Assembly: GCA_964346295.1 (NCBI GenBank)
Contig: CAYFUG010000001.1
Span: 20,325-84,324, forward strand
DNA: 64,000 nt
Direction: 5' to 3'
DNA from: an uncultured Bdellovibrionales bacterium
Lineage (GTDB): Bacteria > Patescibacteriota > Minisyncoccia > Moranbacterales > DUUL01
The notes below the pieces were generated by a model. The model worked only from the letters and a program-made list of their open reading frames with translations. It had not been told where the DNA came from and made no database searches. This document shows, piece after piece, positions 39,916-50,158 of the stretch. Within the stretch, counting starts at the first letter, position 1; every line of letters begins with the position of its first letter. The position numbers and the translations under genes are program-made.

Positions 39916-41475
39916 TTAAACTAAAATTCCCAGCAAACTAGCCCCGCTCATCCCCGCCGGTTGCTCCAATTCCATAAGGTTTAATACCGTAGGAGGGATA
40001 TCAACAATCATCCCCTGAATCTGAGCCATCGGCATTTCTAAAGGCTCTGATCGGTGATTGTCAGGAGACACCAACCAACAAGGCACCGGATTAGTAGAAT
40101 GTTCTGTGTCCCTCTCTCCAGTTTTCAAATTAACCATCTCTTCCACGTTTCCGTGATCAGCGGTAATTAGTAAGCTTCCTTCCTGGGCTAACACCGCCTT
40201 AATTAGAATCCCTAAACAGCGATCAGTTTCCTCCACCGCCTTCACTCCTGCCTCATAATCCCCAGTATGACCCACCATGTCAGGATTTGCGTAATTAACC
40301 AAAATGAAATCATACTGCTGAGTCTCTAAGGCCGCCGAAAGCTTATCGGTAATCTCCTGAGCACTCATCTCTGGAGCCTGGTCATAGGTCGCTACTTTTT
40401 GAGAAGGAATAATTTCCCGCTCTTCTCCCTCTAAAGGCTTCTCTAGCCCCCCGTTAAAAAAATAGGTGACATGCGCATACTTTTCGGTTTCTGCGATCCG
40501 ATACTGCTTTTTCCCGGCCTTAGACACCTCTTCTCCTAGACGCACTGTAATCTCCTGAGGAGGAAACACTACTGTCGCCGGAAGCTCGCTTTCGTATTCC
40601 GTAAAAGTAAAGAGTTGGACTTCTGGAACTTGCTGAGCTTTTTCAAATTTATCAAAATTAGGCATTGCTAAAGCTTGAGAAATCTGCCTTGCTCGATCTT
40701 CTCGGTAATTAAAGAAAATCACGACATCTCCTGATTGAATAGTAGCCACTGGCTGACCCTCTTCTGTCACCACAATCGGCTCGATAAATTCATCAAAAAT
40801 TTCCTTCTGATACTGCTCCTGAATAGCCGCCAAAGGGTCTTCCGCCTGAATACCTTCTCCTACAGTCATTGCCAAATAACCCCGCTCTACTCGGTCATAA
40901 TTCTGATTACGATCCATGGTGTGATAGCGACCAGTAACAGTAGCGATTTTACCCACCCCCGTCCGCTGAATTTGTTCCTGAACCTTACCTAAAAACTTCT
41001 CAGCGCTTTTAGGAGAAGTATCTCGTCCGTCAGTTACTGCGTGCAAATAAACCTCAGGAAATTTAACTCGAGCCGCCATCTCTAATAGACTAATCAAATG
41101 CCGAATATGCGAGTGCACTCCACCGTCACTGGTCAAGCCCAATAAGTGCACCCGGGAATTATTGGCCTTAGCTTGTTCAAAAGCCTTCAGTAAAATTTCG
41201 TTTTCAAAAAAAGAACCGTTTTGAATAGCAGTGTCAATCAACGGCAAATACTGGTAGATAATTTGGCCGGTACCAATGGTCTGATGACCTACCTCGCTAT
41301 TACCGGGAGCCCCCCACGGCAACCCCACTGACAAACTAGAGGCCTGTAATAAAGTTTTGGGGTAATACTGATCTAGTTTTTGAATAGTCGGTAAATTAGC
41401 ATGCGCTAAAGGATTGCCTTTGGGCTCCCCTTGCTCTCCCCAGCCGTCTAAAATTACGAGTACTACTGGTTTCAT
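39916..41475 (-). CDS. gpmI: 2,3-bisphosphoglycerate-independent phosphoglycerate mutase
   Basis: MKPVVLVILDGWG N-terminus, ADHGN, 519 aa. Confidence 0.95.
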   Translation of the reverse strand: MKPVVLVILDGWGEQGEPKGNPLAHANLPTIQKLDQYYPKTLLQASSLSVGLPWGAPGNSEVGHQTIGTGQIIYQYLPLIDTAIQNGSFFENEILLKAFEQAKANNSRVHLLGLTSDGGVHSHIRHLISLLEMAARVKFPEVYLHAVTDGRDTSPKSAEKFLGKVQEQIQRTGVGKIATVTGRYHTMDRNQNYDRVERGYLAMTVGEGIQAEDPLAAIQEQYQKEIFDEFIEPIVVTEEGQPVATIQSGDVVIFFNYREDRARQISQALAMPNFDKFEKAQQVPEVQLFTFTEYESELPATVVFPPQEITVRLGEEVSKAGKKQYRIAETEKYAHVTYFFNGGLEKPLEGEEREIIPSQKVATYDQAPEMSAQEITDKLSAALETQQYDFILVNYANPDMVGHTGDYEAGVKAVEETDRCLGILIKAVLAQEGSLLITADHGNVEEMVNLKTGERDTEHSTNPVPCWLVSPDNHRSEPLEMPMAQIQGMIVDIPPTVLNLMELEQPAGMSGASLLGILV

Positions 41476-41513
41476 GGTTATTTTTTAATCTTTATTTTGT
41501 CTTATATCAGTCT

Positions 41514-42002
41514 TTAAGATTCTGTTTTAAAACGAGCTTCAATAAGGTCAAAAATTTCTTCTGCTCCAAATTGCATTTCTTCTCTTTTTAAACTTTCTAG
41601 CTTAACCCAGCGAGGTTTTTCGCATTCATCTTCTTGATCCACCTGATCATCCGGTAAAAGCTCTGCTGTTTTAGGTTTGCAATTATAATAAAAGGCTAAG
41701 TTATGATAAGCCGCATCCAAGGGTTCATAATAAAAAAACGCCTCTTTAAAGGTAAGTAACTCCTCAACCTCAATTTCGATTCCCGCTTCCTCTCTGACCT
41801 CTCTTTTCATCCCTTCTTCAACTCTCTCGCCCAATTCCACTCCCCCGCCTGGAAACCAATATCTTCCAGTAGTTTTAGTTTTTAACAACAAAATTTCGTT
41901 CTTTTTGTTGACAACCACTGCATGAGCCGCCGGCCTAAAAACTAGCTTTTCTCGAGGAATCAATTTCTTTCCTCCGGTCAAAGTATCACATTTTATCAGC
42001 AT
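41514..42002 (-). CDS. Nudix hydrolase
   Basis: GGGVELGERVEEGMKREVREEAGIE Nudix box. Confidence 0.8.
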   Translation of the reverse strand: MLIKCDTLTGGKKLIPREKLVFRPAAHAVVVNKKNEILLLKTKTTGRYWFPGGGVELGERVEEGMKREVREEAGIEIEVEELLTFKEAFFYYEPLDAAYHNLAFYYNCKPKTAELLPDDQVDQEDECEKPRWVKLESLKREEMQFGAEEIFDLIEARFKTES

Positions 42003-42169
42003 GAAATCTTCTTTAGTAAGGGAGACCTGGACTTAAATATTTCGACCACTTGACATTATTTCTTTTTGGGTATATATTCATTATAGATAAACGACCCGAA
42101 TCAAAATCTCAAACCTTTCATTTTTAAGATTTGAGGTCATTAAAAATCTAGAAAGGAGGTGTATGCAAC

Positions 42170-42415
42170 ATGCCTAATAGAAATGGAACCGGCCCTCAAG
42201 GCGCCGGACCCCTCACCGGAAGAGGCTTAGGCCCTTGCGGTAGAGGAGACAACCAAACTCGCCCTGGTAACAGAGCCAACCGATGCTCCAGCGGCTTTAG
42301 AAGTAGTTGGAACAACTGGAGAAATAGGAGTAACAACCAAAGACTCAGAAGAGGATTTCGCAACAATCCTCAACCGAACAACAACGAAACTACTCCTGCT
42401 GATACCTCTAACTAA
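42170..42415 (+). CDS. DUF5320-family small protein
   Basis: MPNRNGTGPQGAGPLTGRGLGPCGRG N-terminus characteristic of the family; SD aaaggagg upstream. Confidence 0.6.
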   Translation: MPNRNGTGPQGAGPLTGRGLGPCGRGDNQTRPGNRANRCSSGFRSSWNNWRNRSNNQRLRRGFRNNPQPNNNETTPADTSN

Positions 42416-42588
42416 GCAGCTTCGCTAGCCAAGGCGAGCAATCTAGCTAAAAATTTCCCTGGTCTCTAAATGACTGTTGCAATCCTAATTGTAACTTTCT
42501 CAACAATCAAAGTCCAGCGGAAATTTTTGGTTTTTTAAAAAATAGCTTCCGACGCCTCAAGCTATAAAATTTTAGCAACCAAAACTAA

Positions 42589-42706
42589 GAATTGCGAATT
42601 TGAGGAAATTTCTAGGCAAAGTCGAGGCTTTGCGTGAGCCGTACTGAAAGGTACGGTGAATGCGAAACACAGACTTTAACAACGAAATTTCCCAAAAGCG
42701 CAATTC
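42589..42706 (+). repeat. Dispersed intergenic repeat, copy A (between DUF5320 and DUF134 genes)
   Basis: TIR gaattgcg/cgcaattc; core tctaggc...gaggcttt...ccgtactgaaaggtacggtgaa...aacaacgaaatttccc. Confidence 0.7.
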
Positions 42707-42718
42707 TCTCGCAAAACC

Positions 42719-43000
42719 ATGCCCCGACCCCGCAAACATCATCGCCTCTGTTTCCAACCCAAATCCTATTATTTTAAACCTCAAGGCCTCCCCTTGCGCA
42801 ATTTGCAAGAAATCACTCTCAAGTCAGAAGAAATTGAAGCGTTTAAGCTCAAGCACTACGATCAACTAGACCAGCACCAAGCCGCCCATCAAATGAACAC
42901 TTCTCAAAGCACCTTCCAAAGAATCCTTTCTCGCGCTCAAAGTAAAATTGCCTCGGCCTTAGTGGAAGGCTCCGCTTTAAGAATCGAAGAAAAAAGTTAA
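42719..43000 (+). CDS. DUF134 (UPF0251) predicted DNA-binding protein
   Basis: MPRPRKHHRLCFQP N-terminus and sigma-70 region-4-like HTH (TSQSTFQRILSRA). Confidence 0.7.
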   Translation: MPRPRKHHRLCFQPKSYYFKPQGLPLRNLQEITLKSEEIEAFKLKHYDQLDQHQAAHQMNTSQSTFQRILSRAQSKIASALVEGSALRIEEKS

Positions 43001-43431
43001 AATTGAAGCGGATCAAATCCCTGCTTAAACAAATTTTCTTGAGGCACGAATAAGGGACTAGGGAATTTCTCTCGAGCCCACTCAAACCACTCCCACTTCT
43101 CACACTTATCTGGTTCACATACTGCTACTTTTCCGGAGGCATAGCCCGCTACCATGATAATAGTGATGTAATGTTTGTCTTCTTTTTCAAAAATATCGTT
43201 GGTAGCAGTTCCAAAGCGCAAGTTTTCAATCTCGATTCCCGCTTCTTCGCGTGTCTCCCGCCGGGCACATTCTTCCCAGCTTTCGCCAAATTCCAAATGC
43301 CCACCTGGAAAGCACCAACTCCCGTCTCCGTGAGAGTTTTTGCGCTTTCCCAAAAGCACCTTCCTATCTTTGAGGACGCAAACTCCCAGGCCTACTCTTA
43401 CTTGTTTTTGTTGATTTTGGGTTTCTGACAT
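42997..43431 (-). CDS. Nudix hydrolase (MutT-like)
   Basis: GGHLEFGESWEECARRETREEAGIE. Confidence 0.8.
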   Translation of the reverse strand: MSETQNQQKQVRVGLGVCVLKDRKVLLGKRKNSHGDGSWCFPGGHLEFGESWEECARRETREEAGIEIENLRFGTATNDIFEKEDKHYITIIMVAGYASGKVAVCEPDKCEKWEWFEWAREKFPSPLFVPQENLFKQGFDPLQF

Positions 43432-43649
43432 GCAAATAAAAATCTGGTACTGCTAACTAAAAATACCCAACCGTTGTCATTCCGACTGAAGCAAAGCGAA
43501 ATGAAGAAATCTTAGCTGAAAAATGACACAAAATCCCTTGAATTCGCTCAGGATGACAGATCGAGTACCTTAGAGCTATACTTTGTTAGCAATGCCAAAA
43601 ATCTTAAAGCTTCTACAAAAAACTATAAAAAAATCCGGGAAGACCATTG

Positions 43650-43801
43650 AAAACTTCCAAATTTGAGTGAAGCTCTAGGCGACGCCGAGGCTTTGGCTGA
43701 CCTGTCCCATTTAGCTTTAGCGGTGCGGGAGCCGTACTGTTTGGTACGGTGAAGACAAAACGCAGGCGGCAACAACGAAATTTACCGGATTTGGAAGTTT
43801 T
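43650..43801 (+). repeat. Dispersed intergenic repeat, copy B
   Basis: TIR aaaacttccaaat/atttggaagtttt; core aatttgagtgaagctctaggc...gccgtactgtttggtacggtgaa...aacaacgaaatttacc. Confidence 0.7.
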
Positions 43802-43804
43802 AAG

Positions 43805-44839
43805 CTAAAACTGGCGAAGAAACCGCAAATCCCCACTCTTAAACAATCGAATATCATCAATTTTATGTTTCATCATCGCTAGCCGCTCAATTCCAAATCC
43901 CCAAGCGAAGCCTTGATATTTACCCTTAGGATAACCGGCCGCCTCAAACACTTTTTGATTGACCATTCCGGCTCCGCCCACTTCTAACCAACCAGAATTT
44001 TTGCAGCCCCGACAACCCTTACCACCACACATCGTACAAGAAATATCAAATTCAAAACTGGGCTCGGTGAAAGGAAAGTAACTAGGGCGCAATCGGATTT
44101 CCAAATCTTGTCCAAAAAACACCGAAAAGAACTGCTGGGCGATATTTTTAAAATGGGCCACTGAAACATCTTCGCCTACTACTAAGGCCTCAAATTGATA
44201 CAGCGTATGCTCGTGAGTAGCGTCGGTGGCTTCATTACGAAAAGCCCGCCCGGGAATAATAATCCGAAAAGGCGGCTGATTTTGCTGCATGTAACGCACC
44301 TGGGTGTTAGAGGTGTGGGTCCGCAGCAATAAACGATCTCGCTCATTCTTCTTGTCAATAGTTTGCTTGACCCAAAAAGTATCCTGCATATCTCGCGCCG
44401 GGTGATCGGCCGGCACATTGAGAGCCGAGAAGTTATACCACTCATTTTCAACTTCCGGGCCATCCGCCACCTCAAAACCTAAGGTGGTGAAAATTTCCTC
44501 AATCCGCCGCTGCGTTTGAGTGAGAATATTCAAGCGTCCTTGTTCCTGCTTTTGACCAGGAGCAGTCACATCAATCCAGTCTTGCTCCTTAACTAAACTT
44601 TCTAATTGCCGCTTTTGTTCCTCAATTAAATCACTCAATTCTTGCTTGACCTGATTGGCCAAGGATCCGATTTTCTTCTTCTCCTCTCCGGAAAGATCTT
44701 TTAGTTGACGCAAGACAAGTGTCAGCTGCCCCTTCCGGCCTAAGTAAAAAACCCGGGATTTTTCCAAAGCTTCCTCAGTCAAGGCTTCTTTGATGTTTTT
44801 TTGAGCCGCTTGTTTAATTTTCTCAATTTTTTTCTGCAT
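43805..44839 (-). CDS. pheS: Phenylalanyl-tRNA synthetase alpha subunit
   Basis: FPFTEPSFE, GFGIERLAMM motifs. Confidence 0.95.
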   Translation of the reverse strand: MQKKIEKIKQAAQKNIKEALTEEALEKSRVFYLGRKGQLTLVLRQLKDLSGEEKKKIGSLANQVKQELSDLIEEQKRQLESLVKEQDWIDVTAPGQKQEQGRLNILTQTQRRIEEIFTTLGFEVADGPEVENEWYNFSALNVPADHPARDMQDTFWVKQTIDKKNERDRLLLRTHTSNTQVRYMQQNQPPFRIIIPGRAFRNEATDATHEHTLYQFEALVVGEDVSVAHFKNIAQQFFSVFFGQDLEIRLRPSYFPFTEPSFEFDISCTMCGGKGCRGCKNSGWLEVGGAGMVNQKVFEAAGYPKGKYQGFAWGFGIERLAMMKHKIDDIRLFKSGDLRFLRQF

Positions 44840-44986
44840 AGAGAGATTTTTAGATTGAATTTTCTACAGCTCCCATTCTAATAGAAATGGTAACAAAAAG
44901 CAAAAGTAGGGGTGAAATATATTCCACCCCTACTTATAATGTAATCAATAAAAAGGAAGGCCGTGACCAGTCTCCTCCATAATAGT

Positions 44987-45580
44987 TTAATTCTGGTCCT
45001 CTTTTTTTGAGGCCTGCTCAGAATTAATCTCCCTCTCCGAAGATTGCTCTAATCCCCAACCTCCTTCGTAAACAATCTCTTCCACTTTCCAAGGATCAGG
45101 ACCTCTAGAAACCTCAATTTCAGCGCTTTCTTCTGTCGTCGCTTCTACCCCCCCTTCTCTTAAAGCTTCTCTTTGAGTATTATTAAAAGTTCTCCCGGCA
45201 GCTCCTGCTGTAATCTGATCTTTACTTCCTGTCTCCCCTCTCCTCGCCTCATCTTCATTCAATTCTTCTGATACTTCTTTCTTTTGTTGAGATTGATCCT
45301 TTTCTTCAAAAAGAGGCTTCGCTTCTACCGCCTCCTCCAAGGATTTCACCCGAGAAAAACCTTCAATCATCTTTCCTCCCATGTAAGCAAATCCCGAGAG
45401 GGCAATTACCAGAAAGATGGCTCCCGCGATTGGAGCTAAGATACTCCCAAATAAAAATTCCACTTCTTGAGTGGTATTAATTTTTTTGAAATACATAAAA
45501 GCTCCCGCGGAGATTCCTAGGGTTATCGCTAAAAAAACTAGCACAGTCCAATTTTCGACTAAAACTTCTGCAATAATCAT
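44987..45580 (-). CDS. Hypothetical protein with N-terminal TM helices and acidic C-terminal tail
   Basis: ORF; terminator hairpin at 44890-44935. Confidence 0.5.
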   Translation of the reverse strand: MIIAEVLVENWTVLVFLAITLGISAGAFMYFKKINTTQEVEFLFGSILAPIAGAIFLVIALSGFAYMGGKMIEGFSRVKSLEEAVEAKPLFEEKDQSQQKKEVSEELNEDEARRGETGSKDQITAGAAGRTFNNTQREALREGGVEATTEESAEIEVSRGPDPWKVEEIVYEGGWGLEQSSEREINSEQASKKEDQN

Positions 45581-45715
45581 GGCTTTGGTTGTTATCCAAA
45601 AGATTATTCTGCACTAAATGTCAAGGCAATTTCAACACTTTCTACTCTTCCTAAATTATAACATTTTTAATGAAAAAAGTCAAGGAAAAACAGTCTCTAG
45701 CAACCGAAATCAAGG

Positions 45716-45830
45716 CTTTCTCGCTTTAGAAAAGTTCTAGGCGCGACTGAGCACCGAAGCGAGGCGTACTGAGAGATACGGCGAACGAGGCGTGGAAGTC
45801 GCAACAACAAAATTTTCAAAGCGAGGAAGT
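45716..45830 (+). repeat. Dispersed intergenic repeat, copy C (abuts tyrS stop)
   Basis: ttctaggcgcg...gcgtactgagagatacggcgaa...gcaacaacaaaattttcaaagcgaggaagtcc. Confidence 0.65.
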
Positions 45831-45831
45831 C

Positions 45832-47040
45832 CTAAAACTCCAGTTTCCGATAATTCCGCTTGCCCACCTTCAAAATCCTACCTTGCCAATCAGCGCTAAC
45901 TTCCACGCTTGGATCCTTCAAATCTTTACCCGCTAATTTCACTCCGCCTTGCTTAATCAGCCGCTTGGCTTCACTTTTACTAGGCGCTAATTGGCTAGAG
46001 GCTAACAGTTCCACTAGGCTGGTTCCAGCCTTAACTTTGAGCTCCTCAATTTCTTCCGGGGCCTCTTTTTTCTGGACCGTCCGTTCAAAATGAGCCTGGG
46101 CCTGTTCTGCCGCCTGTTGACTTTGGTTAATTTTGACGACTTCAAAAGCCAAGCGTTTTTTAGCTTCCATTGGCTCCAACTGAATAATCTGCTCAATTTC
46201 TGACTGAGGAATTTGCGTGCACAGCTCCAAAGCCCGCTCGATTACGCCGTCATCCCAGCTCATCACCCGGCCAAACATGTCTTCTGGCGCCTGATCCAAA
46301 AATACTGCGTTGCCCTCGCTCTTACCCATTTTTTTACCCTGATCATCCGCCAAAAGCTTGAGAGTCATTACAAACTTTTCTTTGTTCTTCAGGCTCCTTA
46401 ATAAATCTCGCCCGCACATCATATTGAACATCTGGTCGTTGCCGCCCACTTCCAAGTCCACATCCATCGCCACGCTGTCGTAGCCCTGCACTAAGGGGTA
46501 GAGAAATTCGTGCAAATAAATCGGCTTATCACTCTGGAGACGCTGTTGAAACATCTCTCGCGCCAACATCTGCTGCACCGTAAAATTAGAAGCGAGTTCG
46601 ATCACTTCTTTAAAGCTCAGTTTGTCATTCCACTCGCTATTGTGCTTAACTTGAGCCGGATTGTCGCCGGCAAAATCTAAATAACCGCTCGCTTGAGCCT
46701 GGTAACTCTTGCTGTTAGCCAAAACTTCTTCTCTGGTGAGCTTTTTGCGGACTGATTCTTTGTCGGTGGGATCGCCGATCATGCCGGTAAAATCGCCTAT
46801 CAAAAAAATCACTTCGTGGCCTAATTTTTGAAACTGGGCCAATTTGTTAATCTGAATGGCGTTTCCGATATGCAAAGAAGCGGCCGTGGGATCAAAGCCG
46901 CAGTAAAGTCGCAGCCGCTCACCCTTCAGTAGCTTCTTTTTTAAAGTCTCTTTATCAGGATAGATCTGCTCTACCCCGCGAGTTAATAATTCTTCAATCT
47001 GAGCTTCCTCAGTGATAGTTTTCGCCATAGTAAACAACAT
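45832..47040 (-). CDS. tyrS: Tyrosyl-tRNA synthetase with C-terminal S4 domain
   Basis: HIGN (SLHIGNAIQ), KMSKS (KKMGKSEGN). Confidence 0.95.
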   Translation of the reverse strand: MLFTMAKTITEEAQIEELLTRGVEQIYPDKETLKKKLLKGERLRLYCGFDPTAASLHIGNAIQINKLAQFQKLGHEVIFLIGDFTGMIGDPTDKESVRKKLTREEVLANSKSYQAQASGYLDFAGDNPAQVKHNSEWNDKLSFKEVIELASNFTVQQMLAREMFQQRLQSDKPIYLHEFLYPLVQGYDSVAMDVDLEVGGNDQMFNMMCGRDLLRSLKNKEKFVMTLKLLADDQGKKMGKSEGNAVFLDQAPEDMFGRVMSWDDGVIERALELCTQIPQSEIEQIIQLEPMEAKKRLAFEVVKINQSQQAAEQAQAHFERTVQKKEAPEEIEELKVKAGTSLVELLASSQLAPSKSEAKRLIKQGGVKLAGKDLKDPSVEVSADWQGRILKVGKRNYRKLEF

Positions 47041-47233
47041 TAAACATTATCTTTCCCTCAAGGATAACATTCCGATTTTAAAAAGTAAAAACCAAATCAA
47101 ATCAATCTATAAGAACATAAAATCTCCCGCACCATCGAAATTTTCTCTCTTGAATTTCTCTCCCTCTATGCTAACCTCCCAAGTAGTAGTGACAGCATCT
47201 CAATACCCAAATCAAACTAAAACCAACAACTAA

Positions 47234-47965
47234 ATGGACATCGACTCAATCCTCCTTGTCTTATTAGGCCTCTCTGTTCTGGGCCTCTCCCTCACCCTGG
47301 TTGCCCCGGGAATGTTTAAATTTTTAGTAGACACTCCCGAGCAGCAAAAAGAACTTCACTGGGCCTGGTCCTCGCTGCTGATTTTTGCCATCATCGCTCT
47401 CACCTTAACTCAGGTGGAAGCCCGCCATCGCCAAGACAACTTTGAGCGCCTCGCTCAAGTTAAGCAACAGGTTTTGGTCGCTAAGGCTTCCGGAAATTCC
47501 CACCAGAGCTCTTCTGCCAAACCAGAAGAGCAAACAGCTACTACTACCACTATAGCCTCCGTTACTCAAATCATTGATGGCGACACCTTTAAGGCTAAAG
47601 TTAAAGACGAAGTTTACACCATTCGCCTCTTGGGAATTGACACTCCGGAGCTAGCCTATGGTTCTCAAACTGCCCAGTGCGGATCCCAGGCCGCTACTAA
47701 TCGGATCCGGGAATTACTAGAAAATCAGCCAGTATACTTAGTTCCCGACCTCCACAAAGGCGAAGACTGCGACACTCAAGGTCGTCTTTTGCGTTATGTC
47801 TTTCTGACTGACAAAACCTTCGTCAATCATCTTTTAATCAAAGAAGGACTGGCCCGAGAATTGACCTACAACACTCCTTACCAGTATCAGCGCGATTTTC
47901 GCTCTGCCCAAGCCGCCGCCCAAAACCACCAACGCGGCATTTGGAACTCCCAAGCCTGCCCCTAA
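47234..47965 (+). CDS. Membrane-anchored thermonuclease (SNase-like)
   Basis: IIDGDTFKA ... RLLGIDTPE ... LLIKEGLARE motifs. Confidence 0.7.
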   Translation: MDIDSILLVLLGLSVLGLSLTLVAPGMFKFLVDTPEQQKELHWAWSSLLIFAIIALTLTQVEARHRQDNFERLAQVKQQVLVAKASGNSHQSSSAKPEEQTATTTTIASVTQIIDGDTFKAKVKDEVYTIRLLGIDTPELAYGSQTAQCGSQAATNRIRELLENQPVYLVPDLHKGEDCDTQGRLLRYVFLTDKTFVNHLLIKEGLARELTYNTPYQYQRDFRSAQAAAQNHQRGIWNSQACP

Positions 47966-47987
47966 AAAATCAGCTCCCATTTTATGA

Positions 47988-48156
47988 AAGCCTGCCTGCC
48001 GGCAAGGCAGGGGGGTCAGAGGAGGTTGAGAAGGCAACCTACGGGGAGAAGTGGCCACATTACCAAGGCATTCCCAGTTTTTGATTTTTTAAAGTTTCAA
48101 TTTTAAGCCTCTATTCTTATTCAAGGCTTTCAAATTTTCAAAATTTGGAAGTCTCT
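47988..48156 (+). repeat. Dispersed intergenic repeat, copy D (variant with 20-bp GC palindrome and different central hairpin)
   Basis: cctgcctgccggcaaggcagggg; 3' module ggctttcaaattttcaaaatttggaagtctc. Confidence 0.55.
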
Positions 48157-48160
48157 ACAA

Positions 48161-49033
48161 TTACTCGAAGATCACTGTCTTATTGCCCTTGGTAAAAACC
48201 CGGTCCTCACTCGCCAAGCGTACCGCCTTGATAAGTACTGATTTTTCTACTTCCTGACCGGCCTGGCGCAATTTAGCCACATCAAAAGCATGACTAACTC
48301 TGGCAATATCCTGAGCGATAATCGGACCTTGGTCCAGCTTCTCCGTTACCCAGTGAGCAGTGGCACCAATAATCTTCACTCCTCGCTGATAAGCCTGCCG
48401 ATAGGGATTAGCCCCCACAAAAGCCGGCAAAAAAGAGTGGTGAATGTTGATGATCCGACCCGGAAATTCCCTCACGAAAGCCGCCGAGAGAATCCGCATG
48501 TACTTGGCCAAAACCAAAAAATCCGGTTGATATTTTTTCACCGCCGCTAAGGCCGCCGCCTCTTGCTCCTGCTGGCTCCGACTCTCATGAGAGGCTAATT
48601 CAAATGGTAGTTGAAATTTCTCCACTAGCTCCCGCAACTGTTCGTGATTACTAACCACCGCTACCACTTCAATATTAAGCTGATTGTAAGCATTTTGCAC
48701 TAGTAGTTCCGCCAAGCAATGATGCTCGGTAGTAGCCAAAACTACCACCCGTTTTTTACCACTCGCCGGCATTCTCACCTGAGCCTTTTTCAGCAAAACC
48801 TCTCGCACTTTTTTCAAAAGCTCCTTGCCCTTCCCTCGAGCCAGATCTGCCTCAAATTCGGTGCGCATAAAAAAATGAGCCGTTTTTGCTTCAGCCTCAT
48901 TAGCCTCAGAAACTTCCACAAACTCTCGGTTGGAGATGATATTGCCGCCAAACTCCAAAAGCGCTCCCGTCACCGAGTGAATAATCCCCTTTTGATCGGG
49001 ACAATCGATTAGCAAAATATGTGATTGGATCAT
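48161..49033 (-). CDS. purU: Formyltetrahydrofolate deformylase
   Basis: N-terminal ACT domain; HHSFLPAFVGANPY formyltransferase motif. Confidence 0.9.
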   Translation of the reverse strand: MIQSHILLIDCPDQKGIIHSVTGALLEFGGNIISNREFVEVSEANEAEAKTAHFFMRTEFEADLARGKGKELLKKVREVLLKKAQVRMPASGKKRVVVLATTEHHCLAELLVQNAYNQLNIEVVAVVSNHEQLRELVEKFQLPFELASHESRSQQEQEAAALAAVKKYQPDFLVLAKYMRILSAAFVREFPGRIINIHHSFLPAFVGANPYRQAYQRGVKIIGATAHWVTEKLDQGPIIAQDIARVSHAFDVAKLRQAGQEVEKSVLIKAVRLASEDRVFTKGNKTVIFE

Positions 49034-49062
49034 GAGCTACACTCTTTAGAATTAACTAGAAA

Positions 49063-50124
49063 CTAGAAATTACCCGATATTTCAAAGTTAATCAAGTTGG
49101 GATATTCTTTTTTAGCTTTCTTTAGCTCCAAAATCAACCTCTTCCAAGCTGGCATTCTATGAGGATTTTCGGGGTCAAAATTCTCACAGTATGCCTCAAT
49201 GAAAACCTCCTCGGGAATCCCAGCACCATTTTCATTTATTAGCTTAAGAAGATTGAACCGCTCCTCAACATAGCTACCTCCAGACCCAGAAAGTTTTATC
49301 GCTATCTCTTCAGTAACCGCCTCATTTAAAGCATTAAACTTCCTCTTTGAAAGACCACCAGTTCTTTCGAATTTGGTTTTAATGCTAAGGCCTGATTTAG
49401 TCTCGATTAAATTTCCAGATTCAAATCCCTCAAATTTAGTTTCTTTGAGGATTCTCCCTCCAACCACAGCATGCACTAACTCATGGAAAACTGCATGCCT
49501 TTGATCTTGCTCTTTGACAGTAGTAGAAATTCTTACAACCCAGTCTCTGTAACTAGCATATTTATCGTTAACCCCGTCTGTTAAAATTATAGGGGTATCT
49601 TCAATCCTTCTAGCTAAATCATCTTGGCTTAGGGTTAAATAGCCATCATCTATTAATTTAACTGCTTCCCTAGTAAAATCTTTCTTGAAATCATCAGCTC
49701 TCTCCTTGAATTCAGCCTCTTTTATTTTAAAGATTTTGATATGATTTTCAAAGATGCCTAGCAATAGTTCATCATCTATCGCCCCCCCCTCTAAAAGATC
49801 GCTTATAATCTCCGGAGTAAAATCGCCCTCGGCCACCCCTCTCAAGGAAATTAGCCTTTCTTTTAAAGCTGGTTCTCTTAAAGCCTCTTCGAATAATTGA
49901 AAATAATTCTCTGAATGATATTTATCTTTTAAGTAACTAACAAGGTATTTGCGCTCAAAATCGAAGGGGTTTTCTAGTTCTAATCCCTCTCTATGCCGCT
50001 TGTAAGAATCGACTTCCCACTCTCCAAAAGCCCTACCAGAAAGATTGGTAGTATTTTTTTCTTTCTTTTCTTGGTAAAATGGGTCGCCCTCTGAAACATA
50101 ACGAACAAACTTTTCTTTTACCAT
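49063..50124 (-). CDS. Hypothetical cytoplasmic protein with HExxH motif (possible metallopeptidase)
   Basis: AVFHELVHAVVGG. Confidence 0.4.
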   Translation of the reverse strand: MVKEKFVRYVSEGDPFYQEKKEKNTTNLSGRAFGEWEVDSYKRHREGLELENPFDFERKYLVSYLKDKYHSENYFQLFEEALREPALKERLISLRGVAEGDFTPEIISDLLEGGAIDDELLLGIFENHIKIFKIKEAEFKERADDFKKDFTREAVKLIDDGYLTLSQDDLARRIEDTPIILTDGVNDKYASYRDWVVRISTTVKEQDQRHAVFHELVHAVVGGRILKETKFEGFESGNLIETKSGLSIKTKFERTGGLSKRKFNALNEAVTEEIAIKLSGSGGSYVEERFNLLKLINENGAGIPEEVFIEAYCENFDPENPHRMPAWKRLILELKKAKKEYPNLINFEISGNF

Positions 50125-50158
50125 TCCTTTAAAAAATTAGAAAATTATCTCCCAAAAA

